Of a stretch of DNA of 28,788 nucleotides, positions 24,501 through 28,788 are shown piece after piece (position 1 is the stretch's first letter; each line of letters opens with the position of its first letter). The position numbers and the translations under genes are program-made. The notes beneath the pieces are model-generated. The model was not told where the DNA came from and searched no databases. It worked only from the letters and a program-made list of their open reading frames with translations. Source of the DNA: an uncultured Phycisphaerae bacterium (GTDB lineage: Bacteria; Planctomycetota; Phycisphaerae; Phycisphaerales; SM1A02); the NCBI GenBank assembly GCA_913031315.1, contig CAJWFU010000001.1:1-28788 (forward strand), given 5' to 3'.

Positions 24501-24608
24501 CCAAGGACGCGCATGATGTGCGCGGAATCGGCGATCTGTGCTTAATTCCTGCCATGACTGCGCTCGGAACTCATCTGTATCGCTCGGACGACCGATGACA
24601 ACTGCATC

Positions 24609-25112
24609 ATGATGAATCCCCGAACTCAGGCGTATCTTCGAACCAAGGTCATGTCGGCATCGCCGGTCGAACTTCGGCTCATGCTGGTGGACGGCGCGAT
24701 TCGCTTCGCCGAGCAGTGCCGGGGTGGGCTGGAGCAGAAGAACTTCGAGCAGGCCTACGAGGGCAGCCGGCAGTGCCGGGCGATCCTCACCGAACTGCTT
24801 TCCGGATTGAAGCCCGATCAGGATCCCTTGCTTTGTGAGCGTCTCAACAGCCTCTACACCTTTCTCATCTCCCGGATGATGGAAGCGATGTCCGAACGCG
24901 ATCCGGAACCGATCGTGGGCGTCATCGAGTTGCTCCGATTCGAACGAGAGACCTGGCAGATGGTCATTGAACAACTTGCGGAGGGCGTCACGGAATCATC
25001 AGATTCCAAGACTTCCGAAACCGCGGCTGTTCCTTCGGCATCCAAGCCCGCCCCCGGAAACTTCGGAGAAGCGCCGGCCATGGTGGGTGGAAGGCTTCAT
25101 CTCGCCGGTTGA
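24609..25112 (+). CDS. fliS: Flagellin export chaperone FliS
   Basis: AYLRTKVMSASPVELRLMLVDGAIRF, AILTELLSGL and LNSLYTFL; directly follows fliD. Confidence 0.93.
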   Translation: MMNPRTQAYLRTKVMSASPVELRLMLVDGAIRFAEQCRGGLEQKNFEQAYEGSRQCRAILTELLSGLKPDQDPLLCERLNSLYTFLISRMMEAMSERDPEPIVGVIELLRFERETWQMVIEQLAEGVTESSDSKTSETAAVPSASKPAPGNFGEAPAMVGGRLHLAG

Positions 25113-25184
25113 GTGATCCCGTCCGTTCTCGGGCTCGATCCCGAGTGATTTCGATCTTCCAAAGATGATCTCGCCTTCAGCAGC

Positions 25185-26354
25185 ATGCGAATTCTCCACT
25201 ACATGCAGGCGATTGACTTTCGCCATGGCGGCCCTCCGCGAGCAGTGGTGGATCAAGTCGCCACGATGAAGGCTCGAGGGCACCTGGCGGGACTTGCCAC
25301 GACGGTGGTGGAGGATGTCCCGGACGATTGGTTGAACGATGATGCCCAAGCCGGTGGGGCGCCCGAAGTGGTGCGTCTTCCCCCGGTCGGAGGACGGCTC
25401 AATCGCCTGTCGGCCGAAGGTGTCCGGCTCGCCAAGGAAGTGGTCGCGCGATACGACGTCGTTCATCTGCATGGAGTGTGGGAAACATCGAACCTGCAGT
25501 TCGCGGCGGCTTGCCGTGCGGTCGGCACCCCGTACGTCGTCAGCCTTCGAGGCATGCTCGACGACTGGGCGATGAATCAGAAATCACTGAAGAAGCGTCT
25601 GTATCTCGCGTTCGGTGGTCGTCGATTCCTCGAGGGTGCGGCTTCGGTCCACTGCACCGCGGAGTACGAACGGATCCAGAGCAAGGCTCGGTTCGGCCGC
25701 GCTCGTTCCGCCGTGGTTCCGAACCTCGTGGATCTTCGGCCGTATTTCGATCTGCCGAGTCCGGACCTCGCAAAGGCCGAATGGCCGGCGCTCACCCGAA
25801 AGGGACTGAAAGTCCTTTTCCTGAGCCGATTGCATCCTGGCAAGGGCGTGGACATGCTCATCGATGCGGTCGCGGAGATGCGACGACGGAAACTCGATGT
25901 CGAGCTGATCATCGCAGGCAACGGTGAGCCGGAATATGAGAAGTTCCTTCGGGCACGAGCCACCGACGCTGGAATCGACCAGAACGTGACCTGGACCGGT
26001 TTCATCTCGGGAGACGTGAAGCTCTCGCTGTTCGCGGCGGCCGATGTCTTTGCGCTTCCGACGATGCAGGAGAACTTCGGTTTCGTGATGTTTGAAGCGA
26101 TGGCGGCAGGGACACCGGTGGTCACGACCGACCTGGTCGACACACGAGACGAGATCGCCGCCTCTGGAGGGGGGGTGGTGATTCCTCGGACGGTCGGCGA
26201 CTTCGTCCAGGCCCTTTCGGAATTCGCCTCCGGCCGAAGTGACGCCGCTGCGATGGGCGTCATCGGGCGGAAGTGGACGCTGGAGAATCTTTCGGCGGAC
26301 CGGGTCGCGGGGGCCTTCGAGAAACTCTACGACTCCTGCGTGGATCGGGGTTGA
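25185..26354 (+). CDS. Glycosyltransferase family 4 (GT-B fold)
   Basis: GGP..V N-terminal motif, DVVHLHGVW, FLSRLHPGKG, and ENFGFVMFEAMAAGTPVV (ExxGxxxxEA). Confidence 0.93.
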   Translation: MRILHYMQAIDFRHGGPPRAVVDQVATMKARGHLAGLATTVVEDVPDDWLNDDAQAGGAPEVVRLPPVGGRLNRLSAEGVRLAKEVVARYDVVHLHGVWETSNLQFAAACRAVGTPYVVSLRGMLDDWAMNQKSLKKRLYLAFGGRRFLEGAASVHCTAEYERIQSKARFGRARSAVVPNLVDLRPYFDLPSPDLAKAEWPALTRKGLKVLFLSRLHPGKGVDMLIDAVAEMRRRKLDVELIIAGNGEPEYEKFLRARATDAGIDQNVTWTGFISGDVKLSLFAAADVFALPTMQENFGFVMFEAMAAGTPVVTTDLVDTRDEIAASGGGVVIPRTVGDFVQALSEFASGRSDAAAMGVIGRKWTLENLSADRVAGAFEKLYDSCVDRG

Positions 26355-27841
26355 CCCGCGAATCTCGCCACCAGGCCACGGAAGCGTGCGGGGGTGAGTG
26401 AGACGACTTCGCGCGAGGTATCCGACGGTAGGAACCGAAGGGCGATCAGCAACAGGAAGGCGTAGCAGCCTCCGGCCACGATGCCCGCCACCAAGGCTCC
26501 CGATCGTCCCGGATCCATGGCGTCGATGGCTGTGTTTCCGATGAAGGCGGCAACAATCCCCGCGAGGATCACCGGCGCGGTGCACCGGAGGAGATGCGGC
26601 ACTACACGGGACATGGTGAGGCCGTACCTCGACCCCAGCCAGGCGGTCGCTCCGATTCCCGACAGTCCCATGCACAACGAGACCATCATGGCGATCCCGT
26701 CCACGGTCCCCCAGACCGCCGCTCCGATCCCGGCACCAAGCACGACGGCAAGTGCACGAACACCATTGACGATCAGCGACTCGACGTACCGTCGCTCGGC
26801 GAGGAGAGGCGTGGTCGCGATTCCAAGGATCGCGGTGAAGGTGAGTCCGATCGAGAGAACCTGAACCGCGAAGACCGAATCCACCCATTTCTCGTTCCAG
26901 ATGAAGGCCTCGAGCGGTCGGATGCCAGCGAGCATGCTGATGTTGACCACCGCAATGGCGAATCCACCGGTCCCGATCAATCGTCGGATCACTGACTGCA
27001 GTCGTGTCGTGTCGTCCCCGACCCGACGAACCACCGGAACCAGAATGCTGGTGACGGTCACCATGAACAGCCGTCCGGGCTGCACGGCAAGCTGATAGCC
27101 GAAGTAGTAGGTGCCGAGGATGGCCGCAGGAACGAAGAACTCCGCGATGAAATAGTCACCACTCGTCCAGAGGCTCGTCATGGCGGCAACCGCCAACAAC
27201 CATCGAATCTGATGGAGGAGCTTCGGAAGAATTCGACGAGAGGGGATGAAGTCGTATCTGGTCGGCCGTGCTTTGGCGAAAAGATAGACCAGTTCCGCCG
27301 CCACGCCGGCGAAGACGGGAATGCACAGGGCAAGAGCATTCCCCAGGACCAGCGCGAGAACGATCATCAATGGATATTGAACGAGGGTGTTGAGAAGGGT
27401 TGCTCTGGCGTTGATCTCGAAACGGAGTTCGGCGTTCAGTCGAGCGCGGAGGACGAACCGCACCGGTGCGAGCAGCATCGAAGCTGAAAGGATCCAGATC
27501 AGGACCGGAAGATCGGGTTGCTCGAGATAGCGACTGAGCCACGGGGTCAGGATGAGGACCGGGATCACGCCGATCAGGTAGAAGCCTTCCGAGAGCCAGA
27601 ACGCGCTTCCGGTCCGAAATCGGCGTCTGGCTGGCGGCAGTGAGACCAGATAGTTCTGGATCTCTCCGCCTCGGAGCAAGCCAGAGACCGTCATCACGCC
27701 GATCGCCATCGCGAAGACACCGAACTCCGCGTCCAGAAGGACGAAGCCGGTCACGATCTGGGCCGCCAGCCCGGCGACTCGTCCGAGGATGTTCGCGACC
27801 AGCATGGCACCAACACCACTTGCGGTTCTTTGAGTCAGCAT
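26327..27841 (-). CDS. Oligosaccharide flippase / polysaccharide export protein (Wzx, MOP superfamily)
   Basis: 504 aa with a dozen or more hydrophobic helices; EFGVFAMA and AAILGTYYFGYQLAVQP patterns typical of Wzx. Confidence 0.88.
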   Translation of the reverse strand: MLTQRTASGVGAMLVANILGRVAGLAAQIVTGFVLLDAEFGVFAMAIGVMTVSGLLRGGEIQNYLVSLPPARRRFRTGSAFWLSEGFYLIGVIPVLILTPWLSRYLEQPDLPVLIWILSASMLLAPVRFVLRARLNAELRFEINARATLLNTLVQYPLMIVLALVLGNALALCIPVFAGVAAELVYLFAKARPTRYDFIPSRRILPKLLHQIRWLLAVAAMTSLWTSGDYFIAEFFVPAAILGTYYFGYQLAVQPGRLFMVTVTSILVPVVRRVGDDTTRLQSVIRRLIGTGGFAIAVVNISMLAGIRPLEAFIWNEKWVDSVFAVQVLSIGLTFTAILGIATTPLLAERRYVESLIVNGVRALAVVLGAGIGAAVWGTVDGIAMMVSLCMGLSGIGATAWLGSRYGLTMSRVVPHLLRCTAPVILAGIVAAFIGNTAIDAMDPGRSGALVAGIVAGGCYAFLLLIALRFLPSDTSREVVSLTPARFRGLVARFAGQPRSTQES

Positions 27842-28036
27842 GAGTAGAGGTGGTGGTTGTTCATCGGGTGCGGTTCGGCAGTCTGCGAGTTCTGATGGTG
27901 AACATGTTCGGGCATGCAGAAAGTATCTTGCTCTGGATCATCGACTGGATTTGCCGAACATGTCGATGCTTTCAATGGTTGTCTCTGAAGGTGTTGGTCA
28001 TTGACGACCAATCCGGGTGAACGAGAGGATATTGTT

Positions 28037-28788
28037 ATGGGACACCGTGCGTTTGCAGTCGCTTTCATCGGCGGGCTTCTATTCAGTGCCGGGGCCGTGA
28101 GCGCCTCGGATTTGCCTGATGTCGTCCGACCGGCTCGGGAAACGATCGTGGAGCGTTTCATCATCGGAGGCTCCTCCGATGATGATGCTCGGCGTAGGGT
28201 GGCACCTTGGGAACTTGGCGATGGGGGTTGGCCGGACTTCGTCCGACGTGAGATTCCCGGTCCCTACGGCTGGGGAATCCGACGCTTCTGGTTGCACAAT
28301 CCGTTCGGAATGCTGTCCGGAGAGGTGATGCAGTTCGACCAGTATCTGGATGCGAAGGAAGGGAAGCAGAATTTTCTAGTCGATCGGTTTGCCGAATCAT
28401 GGCGACCCATAGTGAAAGGATCCCTCGGCAATCCCGTGGAGCTCATCTGCTATCTCGGAGCCATGGATCCCGATGATGACCGGATGAAAGAGTTCTATGA
28501 AGAAGAGGACCCGGCGGCGACGCTCGCCACGCTGCTCAAGTGCATCCGGCCGGCACTGATGGCAGGGGCGTCCATCGGTGCGGACGCCGCCACGCGCGCC
28601 GTATTCGTGGGGTCGTTGTCCAACTTCAGAGTGTACAGCGCGGCCACGCCGCCGTGCCTTTCGGGCGCTGTTCTCGCGGACAGCAGCGGCCTCGCGGTGT
28701 CGCGTGATCGGCTCCGGCTTCGGCCCGGCGGCACGCGGCGCCGGGTACCGCGCTGCGGCTGCCGCCCACGGCGTACGTGGAGCTGCCG
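28037..28788 (+). CDS. 3'-incomplete secreted hypothetical protein (absent from the ORF track because no stop codon occurs in the window)
   Basis: GAGAGGA SD at 28023-28029 and ATG 28037. Signal peptide MGHRAFAVAFIGGLLFSAGAVSA, then ..WGIRRFWLHNPFG..QFDQY..VELICYLG..GASIGADAA. The frame stays open to the window end. Confidence 0.75.
   Translation, partial: MGHRAFAVAFIGGLLFSAGAVSASDLPDVVRPARETIVERFIIGGSSDDDARRRVAPWELGDGGWPDFVRREIPGPYGWGIRRFWLHNPFGMLSGEVMQFDQYLDAKEGKQNFLVDRFAESWRPIVKGSLGNPVELICYLGAMDPDDDRMKEFYEEEDPAATLATLLKCIRPALMAGASIGADAATRAVFVGSLSNFRVYSAATPPCLSGAVLADSSGLAVSRDRLRLRPGGTRRRVPRCGCRPRRTWSC

Noticed and set aside
20788-24600. Sigma-28 promoters (TCCGATAA at 20808, GTCGATGA at 21210, ACCGATGA just upstream of fliS)
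   Set aside because: -10-like octamers are present but matching TAAAG -35 elements are absent or weak, and CGAT words are very common in this genome.
1-28788. CRISPR arrays, tRNA/rRNA genes, IS elements, prophage or defence genes
   Set aside because: No spaced direct repeats, cloverleaf or rRNA signatures, transposase, integrase or terminal inverted repeats were seen by eye.

Overview
GC-rich bacterial chromosomal window, most likely from a planctomycete of the Phycisphaerales type. This is an inference from a dockerin-like C-terminal tail, a PVC-type heme-binding protein, an IPAP-variant PEP-CTERM protein and a giant FliD. Left to right it holds: a partial dockerin-tailed gene; an ECF sigma factor coupled to a membrane-anchored VIT-vWA protein; a minus-strand run (YceI, GH29 alpha-L-fucosidase, RuvC-like RNase H-fold protein, xylA, exported hypothetical protein, mini secretin-like lipoprotein); a Zn-ribbon membrane protein; a PVC-type CxxCH protein with an inserted PA14 domain; an S41 protease; a cobalamin riboswitch upstream of a PEP-CTERM protein with a transcobalamin/DUF4430-like domain; an orphan terminator; two parS sites before a parB that has no adjacent parA; a 65-aa ORF, fliD, fliS, a GT4 glycosyltransferase and a Wzx flippase; and a partial secreted protein missing from the ORF track, whose last ~190 nt look compositionally foreign. 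No rRNA, tRNA, CRISPR array or mobile element was seen. The best candidates for undescribed biology are the riboswitch-controlled surface B12-scavenging protein and the ECF/anti-sigma-VIT-vWA pair. All family assignments come from motif recognition by eye, not from database searches.
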